DNA of 62,161 nt, the filler included, from Basidiobolus ranarum (taxonomy: Eukaryota), in NCBI GenBank assembly GCA_040143965.1. It is 2 parts of 2 records of this genome, joined end to end, with 100 filler letters (N's around TTAATTAATTAA, not from the genome) between each part and the next. Parts side by side here need not be neighbours in the genome. Positions count along the whole stretch, not along the records: positions 1 to 31,068 come from JASJQH010000092.1; 1 more part is not named here. The stretch is one strand, 5' to 3'. The position numbers and the translations under genes are program-made. This document shows, one piece after another, positions 11,519-25,270 of the stretch. Within the stretch, counting starts at the first letter, position 1. The number at the start of each line of letters is the position of its first letter. The notes under the pieces are model-generated. The model saw only the letters and a program-made list of their open reading frames with translations. It did no database searches and was not told where the DNA came from.

Positions 11519-12130
11519 ATGACCACCCCCGTGAAGACCCATATCAGCTACAACCAAATCCACTCCTCCATCAAGGCTTCCGTTCCTGAGATTTTGAAGT
11601 TCGACCCTGAACTTATTGTTGCCATTGGTGGTGGCGGTTTTATTCCTGCTCGTATTTTGCGTACTTTCTTGAAGCAGCCCAACAAGAAAAACATTCACAT
11701 TCAAGCCATTGGTCTTTCTTTGTATGAGGAGATTGAGGAATTAACTAACACCGAAGGTGAAACTGAGCCTCAAGTTCAGAAGACCCAATGGTTGGACTTC
11801 CAAGGAGCTGCCTGCCCCCTTCTTGCAGGTCGTCGTATTCTGATTGTTGATGAAGTTGATGATACTCGTCAAACCTTAAGCTTTGCTGTTAGAGAATTAA
11901 TGAAAGATATCGAGCAACAAAAGTTGGATCATCCCGAGCTTAATGATAAAGAGACCAAGATTGGTATCTTTGTTATTCACAACAAATTGAAGCCCAAGAA
12001 ACGCGATCTTCCCGAGTACATTATGAATGATTCCTACTTCGCTGCTGAGAATGTTGAAGATAAATGGATTGTTTATCCTTGGGATGCTCTTGATATTGAA
12101 GAACATACTCGTTTGAGTATCGTCAACTAA
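11519..12130 (+). CDS. XPT1: Xanthine/hypoxanthine phosphoribosyltransferase (XPT1/HPT1 family)
   Basis: 'AIGGGGFIPARILRTFL', PRPP loop 'ILIVDEVDDTRQTL', 'WIVYPW'. Confidence 0.92.
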   Translation: MTTPVKTHISYNQIHSSIKASVPEILKFDPELIVAIGGGGFIPARILRTFLKQPNKKNIHIQAIGLSLYEEIEELTNTEGETEPQVQKTQWLDFQGAACPLLAGRRILIVDEVDDTRQTLSFAVRELMKDIEQQKLDHPELNDKETKIGIFVIHNKLKPKKRDLPEYIMNDSYFAAENVEDKWIVYPWDALDIEEHTRLSIVN

Positions 12131-12396
12131 TCTCGCTCCTTACATAGAACTTATCTCGAGTCACTTAATTAATATCACTTTTATGTAGAAAAGTTTTGTT
12201 CCATTCTTTAGACAACATTCGCTGTTGAAATATAATAAATCGTCCTTTTTACGATAATACCTAATTGGTGAAGAAGTGATGCATATTATAAAGTGTTTAT
12301 TTATATAAGTGGAATATCTAGGCCAAGGTTATTTACAAACATGGTAAGAATGCGATTATGTTAAGGATTTTGGACTGGGAAGTGGCGATGAATGGT

Positions 12397-13975
12397 CTAA
12401 ACCACGCTATTTTCTAAATGACCTTTAACGGCAGCACCAACTCCAACTCGATCAATCAAAAATGTATCATGACCATAGAGCGAGTCCAGTTCATAATATG
12501 TTACAGACTTATTACCACCAGCCCGGATAGCGTCGGCGATCTCTTTCTGCTGCCATGATGGGAACAGGATGTCGGATTGGACCCCAAGCACCAAAATGGG
12601 CATATTTATACGACTCATACCTCTGATTAGATCCGCTTTCTCAGCATCAAGATTAACGTCATCACTCTCAAAGTCCGATTCATCTGCTTGTCTGGAGCTA
12701 GTAAGGCAGAAGCCTGCACCCTCTACTAGTTCACTTTCAGCGAGCACCGACTTCATATTTACCGTATTAATTTCCCGTTTTTCTTGCAATTTCCTGACTG
12801 CCGAGGCTGACATATCGAACATATCCATCGCTTTGGAGATATACAGCAACGAATTGGCATCATATTGAAGGCAGAATTTCTCTCCTTGATGATCCAAATA
12901 GGTTTCGATTAGAAAGTCTGGACATAACGAGGGGACTTGATCTTCTTGAAATCTTTTCCTAGCGAATCTTTGCTCCCATTCTGGTCCAGATCGGTATGTG
13001 ATGGTAGCGATCTGTCTTGCCAATTTCATTCCAATGTGTGGTGGAATTCCATCGTAATAAAACCCACGGTTCCAATTGGGATCGGACATAAGCACTTGTC
13101 GTTGAGTATGTCTTAATGCAATGGAATAGGGGTGTGATCTAGCGCAACCAGAGATACTGATCACACGAGATACACGTTCAGGATAAAGCGAGGCAGCAGC
13201 AATTGATTGCATTCCACCCATACTAGCACCAACACTTGCGTACAATTTATCAATTCCAAGGTGATCTAGAAGATTAAATTGCGCACGGATCATATCGAAT
13301 ATAGTGAGTATCGGAAAACGAGTAGCATAACGTTCATCAGTATTAGGATCAATGGAACTAGGTCCACTTGAACCGTAACAACCACCGATAACGTTGGTAC
13401 AAATGACGAAGAAATTGTTGGTATCAATAGCAAGTCCCGGACCTAAAGTCAAACTCAGTTAAATCTCTATTCGACTTTAACAAAAATCAACTTCTCTTTA
13501 ACCTACCTATAAAGTCTTCCCACCAACCAGGGTTAGTATTATCCGCGTGACTTTTGGCATGACTACTGGCAGAGAGACCGGTATGTAATAAAATCACATT
13601 ATCTTTTTTCTCATTTAAATTTCCCCAAGTTTCGTAGGCAAGGTCGTATTCAGGTAATACTCCTCCGTGATCACATAAAAAGGGTCTAGTGTGTTTGTAT
13701 GTTTTATAACCGGTTAAAACTTTCTGATAAGCAGGTTCAGGTCCCTTATCAAGTAAGGAACGTGTACGATTTTCCAAACGTTCTAGACAAGGAAATGAAG
13801 GCATTTCGAGTTCAGGTTTACCACTTTTAATGGTAGTAGAAGCTTGAAATTGGTGTCTTGAGGCGTAGTGTAATGAGGCAGTGGGAACGAGATTATTGAC
13901 CTGTGTCAAACGCCCATTGAGAAAAGGTTTGCGAACTGTTCGCTTAATATTACCAAGGAAAGAACGAGAAAACAT
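12397..13975 (-). CDS. cys2: MetX-fold serine O-acetyl/succinyltransferase (Cys2/CysA type), mitochondrial; 2 exons
   Basis: Presequence; '[11 protein letters not shown]' (Cys2/CysA type rather than Met2 HALTG), nucleophile 'GASMGG', 'SDILFP', 'GHDTFL'; intron ~13443-13505. Confidence 0.85.
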
Positions 13976-14865
13976 TTGTAATTAGTGTATAGAAGAAATT
14001 TTAAGTAAAGAAATGTAAGTTCAATGGAAATATCAACGCGGTGAAAGTGGATGTGATTCAAGTGAGCTATATATTTCACCAGATTTTATGATTATTAATG
14101 GTGTAGTGGTGAACACAGTCCGAGATTACTCAACATGTCGTGCTCAACAAGATCTTAGATGACACCAAAAAAAAGGCGATATTAGCCTCACAACCTATCA
14201 CAGACGGAGAAATAGGAAAAGCACACTAAACAAATACCCGAAAATCAACTTATAAAGGTGCACAAACATTGATGCTAACCATTCGAAGAGGTAAAATCAA
14301 CTTCGCAATGATGAACTTCAATGGCGACATAGGAGTCTTCGATCATTGGTCGATTGGAATCTAATCACTGTGCTGATTTTTAATGTAAAACTTGGTTAAC
14401 TTCGGCTATGTTGATGTCATAGGTCGGTTCGGCTCTGCTGCTGAAAGCTGCCGCAACATCTGAAGGGCTTAATGTTCCTGCGGATCCGATGTCTAAGCAT
14501 AATATTAAATATGGCATGCACATGGCTTAGTGAATTAACGACTAAATTAGTTTATTACGTGATATAAACTAGAATGTAAAAATGAAGGTATAACGGATCT
14601 ATGAGTGATAGGTTGAAATAAAGATACGTTACATATTATAGCTTAAAAATGGTAGTGAGAAATATAGTATATTCTGGAATAAATAAAGTTCTACGGAGTA
14701 TAGTTGAGCGCTTAAGTGTACCACTGGAGTCATTTGACATATCTGATGAACCAAGAGAGCCTCACTACTTCGGGCAAAGGAGGAGCTGGTATATCAGTAT
14801 TCAATGTAAGTGTAATAAAATATAAGAGTACAAAGTAATAGTTGGGCCAATTTCTTTTTTGTAAA

Positions 14866-15626
<761 letters not shown>

Positions 15627-16489
15627 AGTGAAGTTTGAGAATAAAGAATAGTAATAACAAAGAAAGTTCTATGAGGAACTGTGCAAGTGGCAGGTGAAAA
15701 GGGTATTTCAGTTATACTCAAATAAACAGCAAGATCGGAGAAAAGTCAGGAATTAATACAGTAAGAGTGGAAAAGATATAATCAAGGCAGCAGTCGGAAC
15801 TTAGGGGTTGCACCCATCAGCATTCATGTAATGGAGTTGTACAAGCATAATGGAGAGTGTTTTCGTTCATGGGTATAATACTAGCCTATTTCCAAATTTG
15901 GAAAGACAAATATACTGTTGAAATGATTATTATAATTTTAAGTTAAGTGAGCATGACTCTGATAGGCAAAGTTTGGTTAATGATTAAAGAAAACGATGGC
16001 AGTTGGGCTAGTGTAGGAACAAAAAAAACTAGGGATGAGTTTGTGAAATATCCGTTTGTGTAATATCCTTGGGGAGCACATCCTAATATTAGCCAATCAT
16101 ACCCGTCTTTTTCAAATCCAATAGATCTCAATTGGGTAGTCCTCCTTATATAGTCCTCTCCTCTCTCCTCACAGTAAATTGTGTATTGCGCCACAAGGTG
16201 GTGAGCATTTATTCAGACACTATGCAAAATATGGCTATTCTGCTTAATTCAACACGTTAGTCCAGATTCGATGCTTAGGAATGGTGCTTATTTTGCAAAT
16301 GAGGATTAGCATGAGCTGTTTGCTTTTATAAGACCATTCAAAACATCAGATATTATGGAATGCTGTTGCAATTGTTTTGATTGGTTCATGTGAAATTCAC
16401 AATACGAGAATTCAAACGTGATGCTACTAAGTACTCTGTTTTCAAGCCCTACTCTAACAGCAATTTAAAACGCGGTGTCGTGAAATAAT

Positions 16490-19091
16490 ATGGCGAAGCA
16501 AGGAAGGAATATATTTCTAAAAAATGGAAAACCCATGACCTTTTACGTACCTGCTGGTGTAAAGAAGGGCGAACTATCCGACTTAATCACGGTGAAGTAT
16601 TGTTTTACACGTCGCCGGTCATCCCTTCACGCGTCAAATAATTAACTGAAGTTGGGGTTTTTTAGAGACACGGCGGAAAAGTTGTAAGAGATGATAAAGC
16701 TGCTGATGTTGTTTTATGGGAGAAGACTTTCCATAATGATGGTGGAAACAGAATATCTAAAAAATTCGTTTACGATTCTGTTGAAAGTGGTAAACTTCAA
16801 GATAATTTGGTTTACGTAATCAAGAAAACTCCCAAAAAACCAAAAACTCCAAAAAAAGGGTGCGTAATGTTTTTTGTTAGTCTTACTACTTCCTTACCGA
16901 ACACCTATCCTAATATTTCCTTATTAGACGCACTGGCTTCACTGCTACCGATGATCGTGTTCTTCTAGATCTCGTATCCAAAAACCCTGAGTCTGCTCGA
17001 GGAAACAAAATATACAAAGAACTTGAAGTTCAGGTAGTGTTATATCCAATCAAAGTCTAATATTTCTCCCAGTCTTTATGAAAATTAACGTAGTGAAATT
17101 TGTTTAAGAATCGTAGACATACTTGGCAATCTTGGAGAGATAGATACGTTAAAGTTTTGGCACCAAATCAAAGAAAATCTATGGGACCTTCCGAGAGTAG
17201 CAACAGCCTTGATAAGCCTGGATTCAAAAAACGCAGGCTATCCAAGCCTGAATCTAACTCAGATTCTGATAACGATCAACCGTTGACCCAAGCGATGGAG
17301 TATCAGGATGTTGATGGAGACGAAGGAGAGGAAGAAGAAGAAGAAGAGGATGCCGATGAGATGGAGGAAGAAGAAGATGTGGATGAGAGTGTTTCCGACA
17401 ATGAGAACGAAATTTCAACCCAGGATATATCATCCTACATAAAATCTGAAAACGATTCCGATACAAACAGGCCTCGCGGACCTCTTGAGACACAGGGCAT
17501 TCCTGTCGTGAAGGTGACAATGACAGAGAGTTTTATTATTGACGATTCAGATGAGGATAACACGGATAAGGTTTTATATGAAGAGGTAACGGAGAATACA
17601 TATAGTTTAGACGCTGAAATGGAGGCGATTGATGACCCTACTACCAGTAAGGAAAAAAGTGGAAAGCTCTCCACAGAGGAAAATGAACTACCAATGGCGA
17701 GTGATGGACACAATAAACGATCAACATCACAAATAATTCTCGAAAGAGTAGAGTATTCTCAAGGGGAATCAATTCAGACTTACGATTCTTACGAGGAAAT
17801 CACTCAACAAACTCAAGAAGACATGGATGAAGAGTTCGAGTCTCAAGATTATTCGAGTTTACCGTAAGTATTTATACCCGGACTTTTTTATTATATGTTT
17901 CTCAATTTCCTTTCTTTATTTAGAACCTCGGAGCCCAATGTTACACACAAAAACTCTGCTAAAGAGCAAGAAAAGGAGTCGAATCTTGAGAAGGAAATCC
18001 AAGCAGAAGAGGATGTAGTGATGGCTTCTCAAGAAGAGGAACACGATGCAGATATGGAATCACAGGACATTCAGCCCCTCACTCAAAGGTTTGATGACAC
18101 TATTGATGAGTCAATGGAGGATCTTTCACAAGATTTTCCATCACCGCCACATGAATCTGAAGAGGAGGAGGAAGAAGGTTTCGCCGATGATAGGCTTACT
18201 CAACTCGAACAAGCACAACAAGAATCAGACTTTACTGGTAACGAAGCAAGAGATCCAAAGGAAGTCGATGAGGATGTTCAAGAGAGTAAGCAGTCTCGGC
18301 GGGAATCTGTGACAAAAGAAGCTACCCCCAAATCTGACGAGCTCAAACCATCTAGTTTGACTGCTAGTAAAGTCAATCTTGACGAACATCAACTGTTGCG
18401 AGCTGCCTCCACACCAATCACTAGAGCCAGAAGTCACACACCTACCTCCAACCAACAAAATACAATGAGTAAGACCACTAGAGCTAGAAGTAATACTCCT
18501 GCCGTTTCAAGTCGACGAGATCGATTGAGTACGATGGACAAGTCAAGAAGTAAACCTCCAACTCTTCCACATCAGCAAAACTCATCGAATAGGGTCCCTA
18601 GAGACCAAACTGAAACTCCCGCCATTCCTCATCAGGATGATACGATGGGTAATATCAATGAGACACCAATTTAATATTTATGAAGCAGTCACTAACATCT
18701 ATGATATTCACTTTAGTCGATAATCAAGACGATACCTTTGACACCTACAAAACCGTTTATTTGAGAATGATCAAAGGACTCTGTATTACAACCAAATCCA
18801 CTCCTGAAGAAGTGATTCAGGCGATTAAATTGACCTCTGGCAACTTTGTTGATGCGGAGAAAATCCTCATCTACGGACAGAATAGTAAGGGGCTTTTAGC
18901 AAATGAAAAATTTAATGTCCATAATTAACACCACATTAGAATGTAGGGATATTTGCTGGACTGCTGCCGAGGATCAAATACTGCTCGATGGTGATAATGG
19001 CGATGTCATTCAAGAATTATTGGACAGAAAAGGTCACGAGCGTACTCATTTGAGAAATCAATTCTTGAACTTCTATTCGGAATCTTTATAG
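16490..19091 (+). CDS. rap1: Rap1-like telomere protein (BRCT - Myb - long acidic linker - RCT); multi-exon
   Basis: N-terminal BRCT-like 'IFLKNGKPMTFYV...HGGKVV'; Rap1 Myb 'RTGFTATDDRVLL...RGNKIYKELE...RHTWQSWRDRYVK'; C-terminal 'TSGN...CWTAAEDQILL...KG...RNQFL'. Confidence 0.85.
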
Positions 19092-19193
19092 TAGTGACTT
19101 GGTTTTGTTCACTTGTGTTTATATATTTTTATTGCTTACAATCACTGCACCACTTGTATCAGATCCTAGAAAGCTTAAATTAAATGATGAAAA

Positions 19194-19286
19194 ATGATTA
19201 TGGAATATACGAATTAAGGGTTGTTACGGAATATGGTTATGGAATATACGAATTAAAGGTTGTTACGGAATATGATTATGAAATAT
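19194..19286. repeat. 39-bp tandem repeat, about 2.4 copies
   Basis: Unit atgattatggaatatacgaattaagggttgttacggaat repeated with 2 mismatches, followed by a partial copy. Confidence 0.85.
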
Positions 19287-19493
19287 TTCAAAAGTTTATG
19301 ACTGTATATACATGCTTTTGGGTACACAAAGTAAGGGGGAGTGGAAGAAGTGATGATGAAGAAGAATTCATCAACTGGGTTGGTCATCAACTCGCTTTTG
19401 ATGAAAATGGTGATAGCAATTAAGGGTGCTGAGTGCGTTTACATATATATACATATATTATGATCAAAGTGCCAATCATTCAATTCACCACTC

Positions 19494-20696
19494 TTAATGC
19501 GGAGATGGGCTTATGCTAATCTCATTGAGAGAATTTAATTTCTCTCTTACCAAAGTCCTCTTCACCAGTTTATACACCAAATGAGAGAACCAAGACGTAC
19601 TCGCGTTAGTCTCAGTTGTCTGCGCTATTTTGGCCCCGCTCTCTGAAGTGAAACCCGGTGAGTTGGTTGCTGTTTCATGGGAGGACACGTTCGACAATAG
19701 TGAAGTAATGGAGCTTTTTCTACATTGCACCTTCGGTGGGAGGTGTTGTGCTTGCTCGTAGTCGTAATAGTACTTCTTTACCAAAAATTTCTGGAAATGA
19801 ATACTCGCCTCTTCGACTGTCGGATCATATGCAAACACTATAGTAGTCAAAGTGCCTTGTAAAGCGGTCCCGATAGCTGATATGAGATACACTGAATATG
19901 TAGTTTCTTTTCTAATGGTCAAGATCAAGGCACTGACCATGACAAAGCTCTGGGAAATTATAGGGATGATCGGGTACCAGCACGTACGGTAGATTGTTTG
20001 CTTGATTAGATCGGTCGAGTGAGGTTGTGGAAAAGGGTTACACTCTAAACGATTTCTTGAAAAGGCTGCTTCGATATCTTCCTGAATTTCGGATTTTTGC
20101 TTTCGTAAATAGCGAACAATAAGCAATATGGATATAATTGAATAAAGAACACCCAATACCACCCACATGTAGTAGAAGAACCATTGCCAAAGAAAATTTG
20201 TGTATTTACCATCATCCCTGAACCAGCAGATATCTTTATGCGCGGTACGTCCAAATAAATTGGTACTTACCGGGGCAATTGAGAGTAATAGAGGAGAAAT
20301 AGTTGCAACCAGAAGGTAGTGAAGTTCAGTTATGGAGGCGTTCTTGGTGCTTTTCACAACCGCCAATTGAATATTAATCACAACCGCAAGTCGAAGGAAT
20401 ACGGATACCAAAGTGAAGTAGATCAACCCCCAAACGGAGAAGCTACACAGAAAAGTGTCGGAGGCCAAAGTGTAGCTTACTATTTGAAATACCGAATACA
20501 TAGTGTCCATAATGGCGATGTAGGCTAGCAATCGTATTGACACCTGGTTTGTTTGTCCTCTAGCATAGGGACGGAGTATGAATAATACGAGAATTGCAAA
20601 GAGACTGCATAGAAGTGAGACTACATTGATGCTAACGTTGACAGTTAAGAGCAATTCTATCTGTTCCTTACGTAGTGGAGGTATAGATTCCTCCAT
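19494..20696 (-). CDS. cAMP-receptor-like (CAR/Git3-type) 7-TM GPCR
   Basis: Seven hydrophobic segments; 'RLLAYIAIMD', 'C' at the start of TM3, ECL2 'CWF', 'WYPII', TM7 'QG...F..DP'; intronless. Confidence 0.8.
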   Translation of the reverse strand: MEESIPPLRKEQIELLLTVNVSINVVSLLCSLFAILVLFILRPYARGQTNQVSIRLLAYIAIMDTMYSVFQIVSYTLASDTFLCSFSVWGLIYFTLVSVFLRLAVVINIQLAVVKSTKNASITELHYLLVATISPLLLSIAPVSTNLFGRTAHKDICWFRDDGKYTNFLWQWFFYYMWVVLGVLYSIISILLIVRYLRKQKSEIQEDIEAAFSRNRLECNPFPQPHSTDLIKQTIYRTCWYPIIPIISQSFVMVSALILTIRKETTYSVYLISAIGTALQGTLTTIVFAYDPTVEEASIHFQKFLVKKYYYDYEQAQHLPPKVQCRKSSITSLLSNVSSHETATNSPGFTSESGAKIAQTTETNASTSWFSHLVYKLVKRTLVREKLNSLNEISISPSPH

Positions 20697-21185
20697 GAAC
20701 GCCTATTAGATTAGCAAGGCAAAAGCAGTGACCACGTTGTATGTATACAAATACTCCGATGGAGGCAAGGGATGGGATAAACAATGTACAAAAGACGAAA
20801 TCAAAGAGAAGGTCAACTTATCAAAGGTTCGTGAGGCATTAAAAAGATCCAAAACTCAAAGATTGCTAAGGAGAAAGGAAAGCGAGCTGATTATATAGTA
20901 AATAATGGAGTTAATCCCAAGTGAAAGTCGTAAAGATTGCTTTTGATTTCATGACTATTTCCATTTTTGTCAAGGCCAGGTTTTGTAAGGATATGGTTAT
21001 ACTCCTGACTGACACGATGAGGTTTCATTAGTGCCAGTAATTACTTTACTAGCCTTCAAATAACTCTAAACAATCGATCAAGCCTTATCATCTGCTGCGA
21101 GTAGTCGAAACCTGGCAACGCTCACTCATCATTGTCTGACTAATGAATGAAGCGGAGTGTTTTCACCTTCATACACGCCAGACGC

Positions 21186-21252
21186 TATATGCCATACATT
21201 ATACAGAACCTTCATATATGCCATACACTTTATAGAACCTTCTTATATATGT
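21186..21252. repeat. Imperfect ~30-bp tandem duplication
   Basis: 'atatgccatacattatacagaaccttc' then 'atatgccatacacttatagaaccttc'. Confidence 0.6.
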
Positions 21253-22130
21253 GTTCCAGTTCAGTAATCTTGTTTCTACTTGAACATGTTGCGGAGAAGT
21301 TGAATTTGGAACATGTGATCTTGCTATTACAAGTCAATATCGCTTTGGTATGTTATCAGTAGCTTGTGAGATGAACAGCCAGTGTAATGCCTAATTTGAC
21401 TAGTACTAGTAGGATCACATGTTCCAGATCGATATGGTTCTGAACCCACACACAATATTGTGTTCGTCAGAAGTAGAGATGTAAAAAAGTGCGTACATAG
21501 TGGAACAAGAGCTTTAATGTCCATTGATTGTACATAGTAGAACCAGAGCCTGTTTGATTTGGGAATGGCTAATTGCTTTGAGACATTGATTCCATATCAT
21601 GTCGTAGTTCTTGCTCCGATGGATCAAGATGATGGCGAGCGAGTGAAGATGCTACCATTCTCGGCCAAAACGATTTAATCTAAGCAATATTTAAGTGAGC
21701 TACGGACATCTATCAATTTACGTGAGGTAATGTTAGACTTTATAGCTTTAAGCGTCTAACTCAGCCCAAAATATGAATCAATCCTATATTTCTTTCTAAC
21801 TGTTCTGGAGGAGTTCAAGGAGAGAAGTCTCATCAGATCACCATCTCTTAGATCACCATTTCTAGCATCTGAATGCAATTTATACGGGTTTCATTTGCCG
21901 TTGTTGTCACTCTATAGTCTGCACTAATCATATTGACTTTTTTGATGATTGTGCTTCTTCGATGTCTCATGGTTGGAGGGCACTAAGAGATGTAAATAAA
22001 CTGACGAATGAAAGTGATTTATGATGAATGAATGCTGACTTGAAGCTACCAGTGTATATATTTAGGATTTCTTTATTACAGCTTGTTTGTTCACAACAAG
22101 TTAGCTCACAAACAAATGATTAAAAATGTT

Positions 22131-24659
22131 CTATTGGCCCTTTTGCTCTTTGGCTTTCTTTTCTTTTTTAGGTGCCTTGGTCTTCTTGGGCTGACTGTCA
22201 TCAGCCTTAGAGGCCATGCTTGTAGCCTTACCATCAGGAATACGGATCACCTTCAAAATTGAATCGTGAGAAGCAGCCTGATCAACGATATAGTATCCCT
22301 TGCGCTCCAATTGGATAATATCCCCAACCTTAAGTTCAGCGAGGTTGGCACTTCCCACAGCTAAAGATTTGAATTCAGTTACGGGTGTGACAACGTCCTT
22401 GATTTCGTCGTCCTCTTCGAGCTTCTTCTTGGTGATCAAATAATCATAATCCAATAATTCAACATCCACCAATTTACCAAACTCTTCTTGACCTTCGGCA
22501 GCCAACCAGGTGAGCTTCTTCTTGGTCTTCTTGAAATCTCCTTCCAAATGGAGTTCCATGGAGAGAGATTCGACTGGCTTACCCTCTTCAGTTTTGAAGT
22601 CCTTGGAGACGATAGCATTTCCCCAGTCCATCAAAGTGACCTCTTCACCAGCTTCAAGGGACTTGGCATCTTCCTGCTCGATGTAAATGGTGGCAGCGAA
22701 GACGGTCTTCTTGTTACCTACCTCGGGGTTCTTTTTATGCTTGGGCATTTCCTTGACATAAGGCTTCTCGGGGGCGCCGACAATGGTAACCTTGCACAAG
22801 TTGTCTTTAATGAGAGCAGTGTGACGAGGTGCGACGGGATCGATAACCTTCTTGTTCAAAGCCCACAATTTGTCCCATTCAAGCATGAGAACATTTTGGG
22901 AGGCACCTTGCATTAAGATATATTGTTTCAAGGCTTCAATGGTCATACCACGACGACGAATACCACGAACAGTAGGGAAACGAGGATCATCCCAACCAGT
23001 GACCAAACCTTGGTCAACAAACCATTGGAGCTTACGCTTAGAAAGCAAAGTGTAAACAAAGTTCATACGAGAGAAATCCCAGATGTGAACCTTTCTAACA
23101 CCAGTGGATTCAAGCATCCATTCGTATTGAGGGTTACGATCACGATACTCATTAGTTCTGAGAGCATGAGTAACACCTTCAAGAGAATCAACAATGGGGC
23201 AAGCAAAATCGTAGGTAGGATAAACCTTCCATTTATCTCCGACAAGATGGTGAGGAAGTAAGTTACAACGATAAATGACAGGATCACGAAGTGCCTTGTT
23301 CTTGTTATCGACTGAAATCTTGGCACGTAAGCAATTGGTTTGACCAAATTCAGTAGCTTTGGTCATTTCCTCGAAACGACGAAGATTCTCTTCAACAGAG
23401 TTGTCACGGTTCTTGGAGGCAACGCCGTGCATACGTTGATCACGCATAGTGGCTTGGTCGGTATCATCAGCATAGGCAAGACCCTTCTTGATGAGCTGGA
23501 GAGCATGTTCATAGAGTTGATCAAAGTAATCTGAAGTGTGGGTAACGTTATCGGAGTCAACACCAATCAATTTCAAATCTTCTTTGATACTGTTCTCGTA
23601 TTCAACCTTTTCCTTAGAGGGATTGGTGTCATCGAAACGAACAATCATCTTGCCCTTGTAGGTTTCAGCAAAATATTGATTCAACAGAGCAGCTTTAGCG
23701 TGACCGATATGAAGATAACCACTGGGCTCGGGAGGGAATCTGGTAACAACCTCACCAATCTTAGCACCCTTAAGATCAATGTCAAAGGATCCTTGATCTT
23801 TACGTTCCTGATATATAAATAACGCGATTAGATGCTTTGATGCACGCTAGATGGTGATCATATATAATGTTACCTTGACAGACTCAACTGATTGTTGAAG
23901 AGCAACAAAAGCTTCCTTAACACAATCAAGAGAGGCGATGAATTGGAACCAACGAAGCAAATGGACACCGACATCTTGGTTGGTCTTAAGGTGGCGATTG
24001 AAAACGGCATTAGCTATTAATAAGTTAAGTAAATACCAGAGTAGAATATGAATATGCGTTTAATACTTGAAAACATACCCTTCAAAGCACCAAAGATGGC
24101 AAAATCGGCAACAGACAATTTATAACCAGCAAAGAAACTACGTAAAGTCAAATAGTGATTTAATTCGCTGGTGATAGCGTTCAAAGACTTGAAGTCAGAA
24201 GCATAAATAGCTTGTGCTTGGGCAAGGGCTTTTTCAACCTAATAGCGGAAATCTTCAGGTCAGTAATTTAAAAGCAATCAGGATAGCAAGGAAACAATAC
24301 TAACATCAGCGGTAAATTCGCCCAAAGTGTCGGCGAATTTGGTAGACAATTGCTTGTAAAGGTCATCACCGACAAATGTCTCGCTATTCAATTCATACTC
24401 AAGAGTCAGTTTATTGAAGAGAGCAAAAATTTTAGATCAGTTAACAAACCTGCCAATAATAAGTTGGGCATTAGAGCCATCTTTTAAAGTAGCAACATCC
24501 TCGAATTTAGCCTCAACAGATTGACTTTTAAGGTAATAAGCCAAAGTAAGAGGAGCTAAAAAAACCTATTTTAGTATTGAAATAATAATGCTCCACAATT
24601 AACGCTTACTAACCGTATGCCAAAGGGCTAGCTTTATGAGCAATCACGATGGAAGCCAT
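22131..24659 (-). CDS. GUS1: Cytoplasmic glutamyl-tRNA synthetase (GST-like N-domain in short exons)
   Basis: 'VTRFPPEPSGYLHIGHAK' (HIGH), 'RFDDTNP', 'LSKRKL', 'GWDDPRFPTVRG', 'QLERKGYY'. Confidence 0.96.
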
Positions 24660-25270
24660 CTTGCGTGTAACGGTTAAGTGAGCATTGGAAACTATCTTAA
24701 GTCTATAGATAAATTCGGGTAAAACAACATTGATTTTTTTTCTTTTTCTTACACCTTATTCGTCAATTTTGGCTATAGTTGATCTTGCGCTAGTATGCTA
24801 AAAGAGGGATTTTTTATGGAATTTATTCACTGTAGGCCAGGTAAGGCTTTTAGTCTATGCAGCTGCTCCTTTCATGATAGCTAAATACGCAGTTATCTTT
24901 ATCGAACACTGCAACTTTATTCTATAAAACGTATGTTCATAGACAAGTGTTCCAAAACCCACCAATATCATGGTGATCTACATCAATATGTGATATATAT
25001 ATTATGCCATCAATCTAGCCTCTACTATAGTCGATCTAGATGATGACGTACCTTGGTTTTATGACTAAACTAAGCTATGTCTGTCCAATTACCAGGTGCA
25101 AGATTCTGTCTTGTAAATATGTGTAAGGTGTGCAGGGTGTATATACAAAATACATACCAATATCAAGTACAGTAAGGCCCAGCCTTTGATTCAGTTTATT
25201 TTGCTATTTTCAATCAAAAAAGTACTCTAGCATAAACCACAAAATGTAATCTGCTTTTAGCATGTATTTT

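Noticed and set aside
14395-14500. Relatively GC-rich patch upstream of cys2 as a possible riboswitch or ncRNA
   Set aside because: No recognisable consensus or convincing fold.
19194-19286. CRISPR-like or telomeric array (contains ttaagggtt, next to rap1)
   Set aside because: Units are contiguous with no unique spacers, and there is no tandem TTAGGG.
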